DNA of 64,000 nt, taken from positions 4,650,001-4,714,000 of the forward strand of contig JBLDXI010000013.1 in the NCBI GenBank assembly GCA_047495785.1, read 5' to 3'. This stretch comes from Lepidodermella squamata. Lineage: Eukaryota; Animalia; Gastrotricha. Every line of letters begins with the position of its first letter. Position 1 is the stretch's first letter. A model generated the notes under the pieces. That model saw nothing but the letters and a program-made list of their open reading frames with translations. It made no database searches and was not told the DNA's origin. Both the position numbers and the translations under genes were made by a program. This document shows, in pieces, positions 27,001 to 38,100 of this stretch.

Positions 27001-29420
27001 TGCCTCTGACAACACTTTGTACGACTCAGGGCCAAGAGACCCTAGCAATTTTATGATCCAGGGCAGCCGCCGCTTTGTCAAACGACTACAACGCTATCGC
27101 CACTGGGGTGTAAACGGCACGTTCGCCAGCTCTCCTGTAGGTTTCCCCTAGCTAGTCACGATTCGTGCGTACGTTGAATCCTACGTTGAATCTTCTAGAA
27201 AAGTGCTTGAAAACTTCAGTTCCAGATTCATATCACCTCCTATGGCTCCTCTCAAATATAATCAGAGGCTGCTCAAGTTTGACCTGCTGTACTTTAATCA
27301 AATGTGGCTAATTCGTGATCTAGCGATGGCTTTTGAAATAATCAATAAATAGTCGCATTCGACAGTTTCTTTCTCAAACCCATAGAGAATAGGTCTGCAA
27401 AATGCACTTTCAAGAGATGACGAAGAAACTTTGTTGCTAACCATTGCCACCTTTATGGATTGGCATCGGCTTATCAGCTGCCAAGAACTGCTGGCCATGA
27501 CAAGCCGAATAGCTGATCGAGAGTTGGGGTTGGAGTGGTATCGGGGCCTGTTACACCGCTACACTGAGGAGGGTCAGCGAGTTCCGTCGAGTAAGAACTA
27601 CCACCGAAAAAACTCCAACGACGAAGATCAACAAGTTTTAGAGGTAACTCTATTCTCTATGATCAAACCTTATCTTCCTTCTACTCGGTAACAAACGTTC
27701 CTCAACATTCATCTTGTCCTGGATGCTTCAGCTTTGTTAGAACGGCCAAATTGTGGAACCTACTGCCCGCCTCTATCAATAGTCTTACATCGCTCAATCT
27801 ACTTGCCAATTCGTGTAAACAATTGATATTGGAAAAATGGCCAGGCATTGCAAAACTAAATGAAAGTTATGCTAGCTGTATTTCAGCCTTGAGAGCCGAT
27901 TTTCAATTTTCGATTTAAAAGTCAGTGATTTTTCCTATATCAGAATCGTAAAGAATCGCAAGCCGAAATCGTAAAGAATCGTTACAATTTAGAGCCGGGA
28001 CGCTTTTATATTGACTCTACTCGACATGAAACCTTGAAATTCCCAGTCAGTTAAGTTTTTCGCCTAAGGATGAGTATGGATCCTTCAACACGTTTATACT
28101 CACATTAAATGCCACTTATCAATAAAAAAATATTAACAAAAAATTACCTGTTCTTGAAAAGCGGCGCAGTCAGGCCTGATGTCGGAACACGGTGCGCTAC
28201 AACGAGCGCCGCTCCATCCGGTGTGACACGTGCAGGAGCATGTCTCCTGATCGAAATCGCCGTGAGCGCATGTACTCGCATCAAGTTCGCACGCTAGCGT
28301 TAAAAAATAATTAAAATAATTAAACAATAAATAAAAAATAAAAGATTTGATTACGATGAGAACATTCCTCTTATCCTGGGCCTAAATCATGGATTTTGGA
28401 ATCCGAAACTTGGCGAGGTTTTTATCTGCTCTTCCTAATTGCTCGCAATTTCAAGCTGGAAATTTATATTAGTCATATTTCTCCAAATGCGGAATTAACT
28501 CCCCCCGGGATGTAACGTAATCGAAATTTTCTGATTGCTTGTAAACAATTGTTCTCTTAGTTTTTTGAACATATTTGTCTCATTTTTCCGCTACATTGTG
28601 TAATTTTCAGAGATAAAACACGTTGTCGCTCTTTGATGGGCAAATTTTAAAAAGGTTTCAGTCTTCAGCTATTCATGACAGAAAAATTTACTTTGAAAAG
28701 CTACTTTTGATAACTTACCACACTGAGACTGTGTTTGCTCACAAGCTCGTTGACTCGCGCAAAGACTTTTCGCCATACAAAAGCCCAGACCGGCTGAACA
28801 CCTCGAACAAGGCGTGCCATCGATATACGGCAACGCGGCAATTCGCCGCGGCGCACCGTCAGCGAAATAACAAACCAGCCGGCCGTCATCGCAAACATCG
28901 CTATGCGAACAGCCGACAAACGCCGATTCAGCCCAAACCAGTTGAAGAAAGTTTTTACACGACAAATCAACACAGTCCCAAGTTATGTTGAAGTGATACT
29001 GCTTCCTCTCGATCAGCCATTTATTGAGCAGGGTCGACATATTCACGACCTGGCCCACCCCCAGAGCGACTACATAGCCGATCAAAGGGTAGGGCTTGAA
29101 AGGTATCGTCTTGCTGAGGGCTAACATTTGCTCAGAACCACAGCGGGTTATGCTATTTTGCAACCGAGATTGCGCTTCTAATCGATCGTCCCATTCCTAA
29201 ATCGAAAAATCGGGCTGAAATAATACAAAAATTGTCCGCGCAGTCGACAAACCAAAACCCGCATATTCGCACTGGGCGGGAATTCTGAGAAATCACCGAT
29301 CGCAACTCTTCGGCGCAGGTTGTTGATAACATTGAGAATTGTTTGTTTTTGCGGTTTCGATAAAACAGCCTCGGTAACAGGTAATAAAATCAGCAACAAA
29401 ATAAACCGCCAACGAGTCAT
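12066..29420 (-). CDS. Large secreted mosaic protein: signal-CAP/SCP-EGF-ShKT-about 7 PAN/apple-like modules with Thr/Pro-rich linkers-SUEL lectin-F5/8 type C-CCP-CCP
   Basis: CAP: MTRWRFILLLILLPVTEA...NNLRRRV...PPSANM and QLVWAESAFVGC. EGF: CSCTCHTGWSGARC. ShKT: CSDIRPDC...C...CRVTCGYC. PAN: repeated GYxxLPGNC...CxxxC...CxGF(T/S)Y...CxxK...C. SUEL: IRIVQAHFGR...YLEVTFMC. Discoidin: AWCP...LQLDLG...LQGR. Sushi: FTCNPGYRIVGNPMVTCQPSGLWSDLPSC, with the stop at 12066. The 25661 donor and 23026 acceptor are both phase 1. Confidence 0.7.
12420..12805. mobile_element. MITE-like element with about 55-bp inverted ends
   Basis: 12420-12478 (gagccgatatcgatttctgttatcgat...gtgatttttcc) is the reverse complement of 12749-12805. 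A related half lies near 27893-27935. Confidence 0.55.
15168..15305 (+). repeat. Dispersed intronic repeat; second copy at about 17387-17545
   Basis: Both copies share gtgaaaca..ttgacaagtgattttacg..ccaaat...acagggtt.tgaat.gaa.tgaccgtcaatt. Confidence 0.7.
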
Positions 29421-29602
29421 TCTTTTTGTAACAACAACAACATGACCTTGAAAATTTAAGAAAAATTTCAAAAAAGAGACAAGAATTTTAATTAGGCTTT
29501 TATTGCTTTCGTATATCCGATAATGAGCGGCTATAAGGCGTGCATAATAACACATCCGCGTTAATAAAAACACGTGTAGAAACAATTAAGGCTACATAGG
29601 TA

Positions 29603-29986
29603 TTACAGGCGAATGCTGTCGAGATACTTACGCATACGCGCGACAGCCTGTTCGTATAGCGAAATATCAAGATCGGGTACGCTGCGCATAATTGTCGCGC
29701 TAATAGTATACGCGGCTAACGAAGTCGGCGATGCACCGGAAGTCGACGCCACGTTTAATGCGCCTACTATTTGAACAAGTTCACCTGGCTGGGCGCGTTG
29801 ATGGCCGACGACGCCGGACAAATCGACTCCAATCGTATGGCCACGATCCGACAAAGACGACATGCCGCGTTGCAGGACACCCGTCGTGCGTATTGTTTGC
29901 CCGAGTATCAGCTTTCCCGACTTAACAAAATCGACGACTTCTGGTAGAAAGACTATAGTTGCGTAATTAGGCAGAGGTGCGTCCAT
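29603..29986 (-). CDS. TEN1: CST complex subunit TEN1 (OB fold)
   Basis: 127 aa with LP...PEV, GQTIRTTGVL, AQPGELVQIVGAL and ATIMRSVPDLDISLYEQAVARMRKY, which parallel the TEN1 family pattern. Confidence 0.8.
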   Translation of the reverse strand: MDAPLPNYATIVFLPEVVDFVKSGKLILGQTIRTTGVLQRGMSSLSDRGHTIGVDLSGVVGHQRAQPGELVQIVGALNVASTSGASPTSLAAYTISATIMRSVPDLDISLYEQAVARMRKYLDSIRL

Positions 29987-30013
29987 ATTTGCGAAAATCT
30001 GTTCGGTAAATAA

Positions 30014-30313
30014 TTACGACGCTGGGGCGAAGCGGCGAGCAGCTGATCGAGAATTAGCCGGGCCGTTGCTTGAAAGGTCTCGAATAATCTCGGCAAGGGC
30101 CTCTGGGTCGACGCCGCGTTCGATCAACTGAACGCAAATGCTCAGAGTTTCGCGATCGAGCCCTGTTTGAAGAATCGTAGATAATTCGAACAGCAGATCT
30201 AGCGCTTGGCGCCCAGCTAGACTGGCTGATTGGCTGGACTGAGAAGGCGGGTTTGTTCCGAATGAACGAGGAGCACCGGTAGCTTGGTTTTCTTGGTCCA
30301 GCTCAGCAGGCAT
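30014..30313 (-). CDS. MZT1: Mitotic-spindle organizing protein 1 (MOZART1/GIP)
   Basis: [43 protein letters not shown] is the MOZART1 signature. Confidence 0.92.
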   Translation of the reverse strand: MPAELDQENQATGAPRSFGTNPPSQSSQSASLAGRQALDLLFELSTILQTGLDRETLSICVQLIERGVDPEALAEIIRDLSSNGPANSRSAARRFAPAS

Positions 30314-31669
30314 ACGAGAAAATAACGTTTAAAATGGATCTAAGAAAAGAACAAATGGGGAAGATGATCGACATAAAGTAATATAGAGCGACAGTTAAAA
30401 ATAATATGCTTGATAGCACGTTAAAGCGCTATCAATTTTCTTGTCAATTTTAAACTTTCAGTCATAGAGAACAAATGGTATTTTCTCTATGCTTTCAGCA
30501 TACGTTTGGTGTAAAATAAGTTTAAACCAACCCATATATCAGCAAACAAGCTTCACTGCAATGAATAATAATTTAATTGCTTTAATACCATAGATTAGCT
30601 TTACTTTATAAATCTCCAAGATCAGTTCGTTTCTTGTAATGAAGAGAAAATTTACCCCAATGTCGGCATCAGATATAATTCATACTTTCATGGGTGTATC
30701 TGATTGCTGACTGTGTGTGCTGCTTCCGGACGCGAGATCATAGAGTGCACTCGATTTACCATGTAGCATGCATAAGATTAATCGCCATTGATGAAGTGGC
30801 ATGCTAGTAATATCGGCGAATTCACGTGAAAATTAATCAAGGTTATCCAACTATCGACGGTTTTATTCTAATTAGGCTATTCTACTTAATCGAATTGATG
30901 AGTTGTGGATCAACAAAACCATCAACCAAGCCGATTGGAGAGAGAATCTATCCAACATAATTATCACAAATTGAATGCTGAATGTGCTGAAGAATTTGTT
31001 TTATTTCTAAAGAATCTGGAGACTGTTTCCAATAGGCCTCTAATGAATGAAACAACTACTAGCTGGCCCTACCTTCACAACATCCACACAGGCAAAATGT
31101 TGGAAGCTAGAAGTGAGACGGTTGGTAGAGTTACGTGATAAGAGGTAAGAGTAATTCACTCCGGAGAGATTAGCAGCCGCGCTCCGAACTCAGTGGCGGG
31201 AAAGTTAAATGATATTGACGACCGTCCAACAGCCACCGACCCTAGAGGAGGCGGGACATGTCTGTATTCAGTATTTAGTTCAGTAAATAGTTTGTATTCA
31301 CTATTCAGTGCCCGCGACGGGTAAATTATTGTCGATGGCTTCGATCATCCTCGATCATCGTCTTTTAAACCCACCTCGTTTGACGTTATAAAGGCTTGAG
31401 AGAATGGATTGTTCAACGATAAGAAGTTTGACTTTACAGTTAGTAAGCATTCTCCAAGCAAACCGCTAGCATCGCATAAATATAACCTGTCAATCACCCA
31501 ATAAAACTTATAGTTCGAATGCCTGATTGTAATCATTATCAGACCATTAAGCCTAATGACGGCCTAACTATCAGTCAACTAACTGTCAAATTTAGTAAGC
31601 GAGATGCATTATCGGTTGTTAACTCGCAAGTCAAAGTCCCGAATAGCCCACCCTTTAGCGCCCTACCCT

Positions 31670-31683
31670 TATGCCTAGGGAAC
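31670..31683 (+). promoter_or_regulatory. Possible RFX X-box upstream of HYDIN
   Basis: tatgcctagggaac matches GTTGCCTAGGNAAC at 12 of 14 positions, about 480 bp upstream of a ciliary gene. Confidence 0.3.
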
Positions 31684-32163
31684 CCGGGACCCTTTTGCGA
31701 CAAAAACTCTCGTCACGGAAGCTTCAGCTAATGTTTCGCGCCATGATTTAAAAAATGACTTTCAACAACAAATACTATTAATCATTACACTTAAATAACA
31801 TAAGTATTTTAATTCAAAAATCAAATATAAAATTTTAAGTAGCAACGTTTTCCCTCGTTACTATGCCCTGTCCTCACGCAAATCTCGCCGGCGTCATACA
31901 GGCCAACCAAGCATCGGCAAGCGGACCCAGGCCACTTACTGCTGAAGTATGAAGTCGTCAATATAAAACTCCGAAGATTGGATGGAAAGCTTATGTGTGT
32001 TAGATTTTACTTACAATGTGAGCGAAAGACACTCCACATTTTGTTTTGACCAGCATTTCTTCTCGTGTTTCTTATCCGACTCACCGAATCTTTTCCAAAT
32101 GCATTCAAATTTCACCTTATTGTTTAACAATTTGAATTTTACAACGGCTAGGTATATTATTAA

Positions 32164-35100
32164 ATGGCTTCGGCTATATCGAAGCCTCCCGATTTGGCAG
32201 CAGAGCCTAGCTCTCTGCAGAAAACTTGGCTGTTGGATCCCAATATTGGATTCAAAAGCAAAGTAGCTGTTCCTAAAAATCCCAAACTTCTGAAAGGCGA
32301 AGCTGCTAAAGTTCAGCCCAAAACCTCTCCTTCAGCTTTCATGTACAAGATGTCGTTAGATACAAGGCAAATTCTTGACGAAACTCACGAGATGCGAGTT
32401 CCTAAGAAAACGAAACTCCTTGATATGGGCGATACCAGCTATCAGCGCTTTTCGATCGTTAACGTTGACGAGTGCATGTTTCAGCCCTTTCCTTCCGAAA
32501 TCTACTTTCAGAAATACAAACCTTTTGAGACTTACGAGATCCCTCTCCTATTTCGCAACAACGATTCTGTTCCTCGTCTGATCAAAGTTACACAGAAAGA
32601 TTCGCCCTATTTCAAGATCATCAGTCCTCACGATGTTGGTCATAAAGTAGGCGCAGGTTTGGCCACTATCTTCCGTGTTCAGTTCATTCCAGAAGATACC
32701 AAAGACTACGTCCACGAAGTGCAGTGCATAACCGAGCGCGAAGAGTTTGTCATACCGATAAAGTGCATCGGAGCAAGGGCGATTCTTGACTTCCCGGATG
32801 AAGTTAACTTTGGTTCGGTGCCTGTGAAGCATATTACCAGTAAGACGCTCTATGTTCGTAATATTGGAACTTGCGATGGCAAATTTCAACTGACGTGCGA
32901 TGGCCCGTTCAAAATTGACCCATGGGAGGGCGTTGTTTGCGTGAACGAGGCTATCCAAATCACCGTTTATTTCCGCCCTCAGACTTCGGGTTTTCACGGT
33001 GCAGACATGAAGCTTCATTTAGACACAGGCGATGACATATACATCAAGATGTCTGGAACTGCAAATGATGCAAATGTTCGTCTTGACAAGAATCAAGTCA
33101 AAATCGACAAGACTTACATCTCGCTCGCCAATCAGCGAACTGTCACAATTTGCAATAGCAGTGATTTCGTCGCCAAGTTTAAATGGACAAATTTATCTAC
33201 TGAAATGGAGGAGGAGCTAGAGCGCCAAAAGCGGCGATTGGCTCTTGCTGTTGAAGAACAGCGCGACTCTGAGCGTGCCATTCAACAAGCTGATATAACT
33301 GCTAGGGACGAGTTATCTATTGTCAAGCAGCTATACAAGAATAAGCAGCGACAGTTGAATGATGACCGCTTCCTTTTCTCAGACGACGTGATTCAGATCT
33401 CGCCGCTTGAAGGCGAAGTTTGGCCGAATAGTACATGCGATGTCGCTGTGTTATTCAAGCCTTTCTCAGCTCAAAATTACTCTCGAACTGCTTATCTCGA
33501 CATAACAGGCCGCGAAAGTAGGATTCCTCTTAAAATTCAAGGCGAAGGCATTGGGCCCAAAGTTCAGTACAGCTTTGATGTATTAGACCTCGGTCACGTT
33601 TTCGTTGCCTCAACGCATACTTATGAGGTAATTCTAACAAACCGAGGTGACATTGATGCGATGTATTCGATAAAACAATCAAACACGGCATTTGGTCGAT
33701 GTTTCTCATTCAATCCAACCGAGGGGATAATCACAGCCAATAATGACTCATCGTATCAGGCTATCGAAATAACTTTCGCTCCACCTCTCGGCCTACTTGG
33801 AAGTTTCGAGGAGGAATTTGAAACTGTGATAGATGGCCTACCGCAAACTATGAAATTGCGATTCCGAGGTTCAGTTATCGGCCCAACTTGCGGCTTCAAT
33901 GTGAATGAGCTGGCTTTCGGACGCATTCCTTACGGTTTCGTGCAAACTCGAAACTGTGTCTTGCAGAATACCTCTCTTGTACCAATGACGTTTCACCTGA
34001 GAATGCTCGCTGATGGCAATGTCGACGTTTTCAGCACAGCTACTGAAATCATGAGCGCTGAGATTACTAATCCGAAAGAATTCAGGATCACTCCAGAAAG
34101 CGGGGTGTTAGAGCCTGAGTCTTCCGTCGAAATCAAAGTGGAAGTGCTTTCGCTTTCAAAGCACGACCGTCGCTATACAACTGCGCTTGTCGTTGACGTT
34201 GATGGCGTTGGAAGTGAAGTTCTGAACCTGCCAGTTTCTGGAGTTTGTATTGTCCCGCAGTTGACAGTTCGCAACGCTGTTATCCACGCGGGTCGATGCT
34301 TTTTGGAACACCCCTACTCCGTCAATCTTATGCTGTACAACGAGTCCGATTTGCCATGCAGATTTCAGCTGCTTCAACAGCCAATGAATTCGAATTCACC
34401 GATTTCCTTCCAAACTCCAACCCCGAACGGCTTAGTCGATGGGTTAACCGACGTTCAAGTTCCTGTTGTGATGAGGGCGAGACAGTTGGGTGATGTCTCC
34501 TCGGTGTTGTACGTGATGGTCGTCGGAAATCGCGACCCGCCCTCAGCTGTTCATATCGAATGCTGCGGCCAGGGCCCAGTGGTTAACATCCATCTGCCTA
34601 ACCCTGAGCTGAACTACGGCAAACTTCCAGTTTTGAAAGATTGCCCGAAAATTATTCAATTATCGAACGAATCGCCGATTCCAGCGAAATTTCGGGCTTT
34701 TCTTCAAAAGGCTGACACATCACAATGGCGAGTTGATACGGGCGAATCGGGAGAAATTCCGCCTGAATCGTTTTACAATCTAAACTTGGTCGCAAATTTG
34801 AACGATACTGTCAAGTTTCAAGACCGACTTGTCGTTGAAGTTACCCATAGCCAAACTCACACGGTTAATCTAGCCGCGACTGGGGTTGGTACCACGATTG
34901 TTTTCGAGCCGAAAATTGCGCCAACTTTCCACGCTGGTTCGGTTTTCTGCAAGCGAATGATTGAGTGGCAATTTACGGCAACAAATCGCGGTCGTAGAAT
35001 TCACGATTTGAGGCTGAAAAATATCTCCCACGCCCCGAGTCAATACTCGAAAACGCAGTCGAAAGACAGCGAAATTCTCGAGCAAAACGCGATTTTCCGC

Positions 35101-38100
35101 ATAAATCCACGCCATATGGAGGTTCAGCCAAACGAAAGCCGGCCGATAACGATTTCGGCGTATTGCGACGACGCTCGTCCTGTAACTGAATCGTTCACTG
35201 TCGAGGCAATTGTCGGTAAACACGGCGCGAAAATTTTGCTCTTCAAATTTGACTTCAGCGCTGATTTCGTCAATCCAATTCTCAATATTCTGCCTAAACA
35301 GCTTTATTTTCGAATCGATCGATACCCTGGGTCGACTTTGACGGAACAACTGGCTAAATTAGCCCTGCAAAACATGACGCCGTTGCCCTTGACCCTAACA
35401 ATGACCCTGCCTAACCCTTTCCACATTTTACCAGCGATTGAAGGTGGTTTGGATCAAAGTTTGACTCAGGTAGAAAATGGCGAAAAATTCGTTCGGCATT
35501 TGAAGCCTGACGAGGGCGTTGAACTTGATGTTCAGTTTAATATTGCCGATAAGGCCGATCAATACTCGGCGATTTTCGACGAAACCGTAACGGTAACGTT
35601 TGAAGAACACCCAACTGAAGAGAATTTCCGGGTTCGCGGCGAAGTTTTCTTTCCGAATTTATCGTTCGATCGAACTGTTGTCGATTTCGGTTGTATTGTT
35701 AACGACACGGAGGTGACTCAAATCGTCAGCATGACGAATACAAGTCCGATGGATGTTAAATATCGGTGGTATTTCTTGATCGATGGCCAGCCGATAAGTT
35801 TTAACCCGGATATTGAGAAATTGATGGAGGGCTTCACGACAGTCCCGGCTGTTCCTCTTAAACCAGTTGCGTCGTCACACAAGGAATTATCAGGGCTGAC
35901 AACCGCGTTTGGCGAAGTCCCGGACCAGGAAAACGGGGACGGATTTTCGCCGATTAAATTCACCCAGGGTGATGCGGAGGGTACTGTTGAGGGTGAGCCG
36001 GAAGCTGAATCCGAGCATCACGTTAGCCAGGAGAATCAAGACGGCCAGGAACAGGGTTTCCTTCAGATGTTGAACCAAAACGGGGAGAAGGAGGAGAAAT
36101 ATCAGAATGAAGCTATGGAGAAAGACCTAACCCCGCCAACCGATCAAAATACTGACCAAGCTCTTGGACCTAGGGCTCATACTATGATGGAGGGGGCGAG
36201 TCCTGATGTTATGGATGATTCAGCTCGAATTCCACCTTTAGCCCTCCACCGAGCTAGAACTACCCTTCAACTCCATTCCAGGACATCAATGGCCCCACAC
36301 GGCTTCAAATCGACCTATAGGAAGCGAATTATCAACGAAAATCTCGCATCGCTAATGCAGAACCCATTCGGCCCGAAAGAGCCTAACGTAGCTATCGAAG
36401 AAGTTTTCGACATTCGCCCATTATTTGGGACATTGAAGCCAGGCGAAACTGAACGCGTTACCTTCGCATTTTTCGGCCACGCTTTTGTCAACGGCCGCGT
36501 TAAGGCGATTTGCGAGGTAGTTGGTGGTCCTAAATACGAAATGCAGCTATGCGGCCAGGCTTCACTGATGAAGTACGAACTCGACCAGTTTGAAATCGAT
36601 TTTGGGTCGTTTAATTTCGATACAGTCGGCGAGAGGACGTTTCACATTATCAACAGCGGTGATGTTGGGTTTAATTTTACAATTTCGCCTAATAATTGCC
36701 CGTTGATTGACGAAGGGTTCATCCAAGTCCAGCCTGGTTGCATCAAAGTTAGCCCTGTTAGCGGGTATCTAGCCGGGAATAGTAAACAAGCCGTTAAGGT
36801 TCAATATCTCCACGGAATGCCCGATTTTTTCGTCAAGTCGTTCAAGCTTCAAGTCGCTCATTTCCCGCCTGAAATCGTGCAAATTTTCGGCGAAGCTTCC
36901 TATCCTAGGGTCGCGTTGAATTTGCCGTTTTTCGACGAGGAAAGCGTCTACCGGCCACTGGCGAAGAAAGTTCGCGATTTGGTTGAAAGCGAACGCCCCA
37001 AAACGTTCTACCCCAGCGGAAATTTCGCCCCAAGTGAGGATGAAGTTCAGGCTGAAGTCGAGAAAATGTTGATCAAAGACTTGCTAGCTCTAAATGGGTC
37101 TTTTGTCCTGAAAACTGGCACTGGCATTCGAAGGCCGCGAATTCTGGACTATTTGCTCGATTTTGGTCACGTTATTATGGGTGCGATTCGGACGAAGTAC
37201 ATCAAGATTACTAACGCTGGGCAAGCTCCGGTTTCGATCAACTTCGACTGCAAAGCTCTGTCGAAGAAAGGATTTCAGGTAGGAGCGTAACATAAATTCA
37301 ATTTCTTGCAAGTCTTTTCAAGTTTTATTTAAAGTTCTCTTGTTTTGCAAGATCAGCATACATTTCAAATTCCAAAATCAATTTTAATTTTTTTTAAAGT
37401 TTTGAAAAACTTAAATTAAAATTTAAAAAATTCCAAAAATTAATTTAATTCAAATCTGGAAAAATTGGAATTTTTGTCTTATTATCAGCATTTTTATGAT
37501 TGAATTGCTAAAATTTCCAATTTCCAAAATTGGGCGAGAAAATGGATTTTATGGATAATTTGATGATCAAGCTCGAATGTTTTTTCTTCTCTAGATTGAG
37601 GTGGATCGGATTCGAAATTTGCCCCCTGGCGAAACTCTGGACGTAATGGTTGGTTTCGACCCACGTTGGGCCAACCTTGAATTCGGCCCAGTCGAGGCCC
37701 ATCTACCCCTCGAAGTCAGCGACGGCCTTGAATACTACATCCACTGCCGGGCTAACGTCACCATGCCCGAGTTCATTTTCAACCAAACCGTCGTCAGTTT
37801 CGAAGAAGTGCGCGTCGGCGAGGTGAAACTCATCACCATTCAAATGATCAATTCAAAAGAAATCCCGTGCGAATGGAGCGTTGTTAGCCGATCAGCGCTA
37901 GACGCGGTTAAAATCGATAAACACGTCCCGCTTCACCTGCGTAAGAAAGCGATCAAAGCCGCGTTGCAATCGAAACCGCCTAATGTTTTCGAAATTTTAC
38001 CATCAAGCGGAATTTTACTACCCGGCCAACGATTTAACGTCCAGGTGAAATTCATGCCGCTGGAAGAGCGGGCTTATGACGATAAAATCACGGTTAAAGT

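Noticed and set aside
26500-27780. Possible decayed retroelement in the CAP gene intron
   Set aside because: It is GC-richer with a vague LGSLGPESYKVL resemblance to non-LTR C-termini, but has no diagnostic motif I can support.
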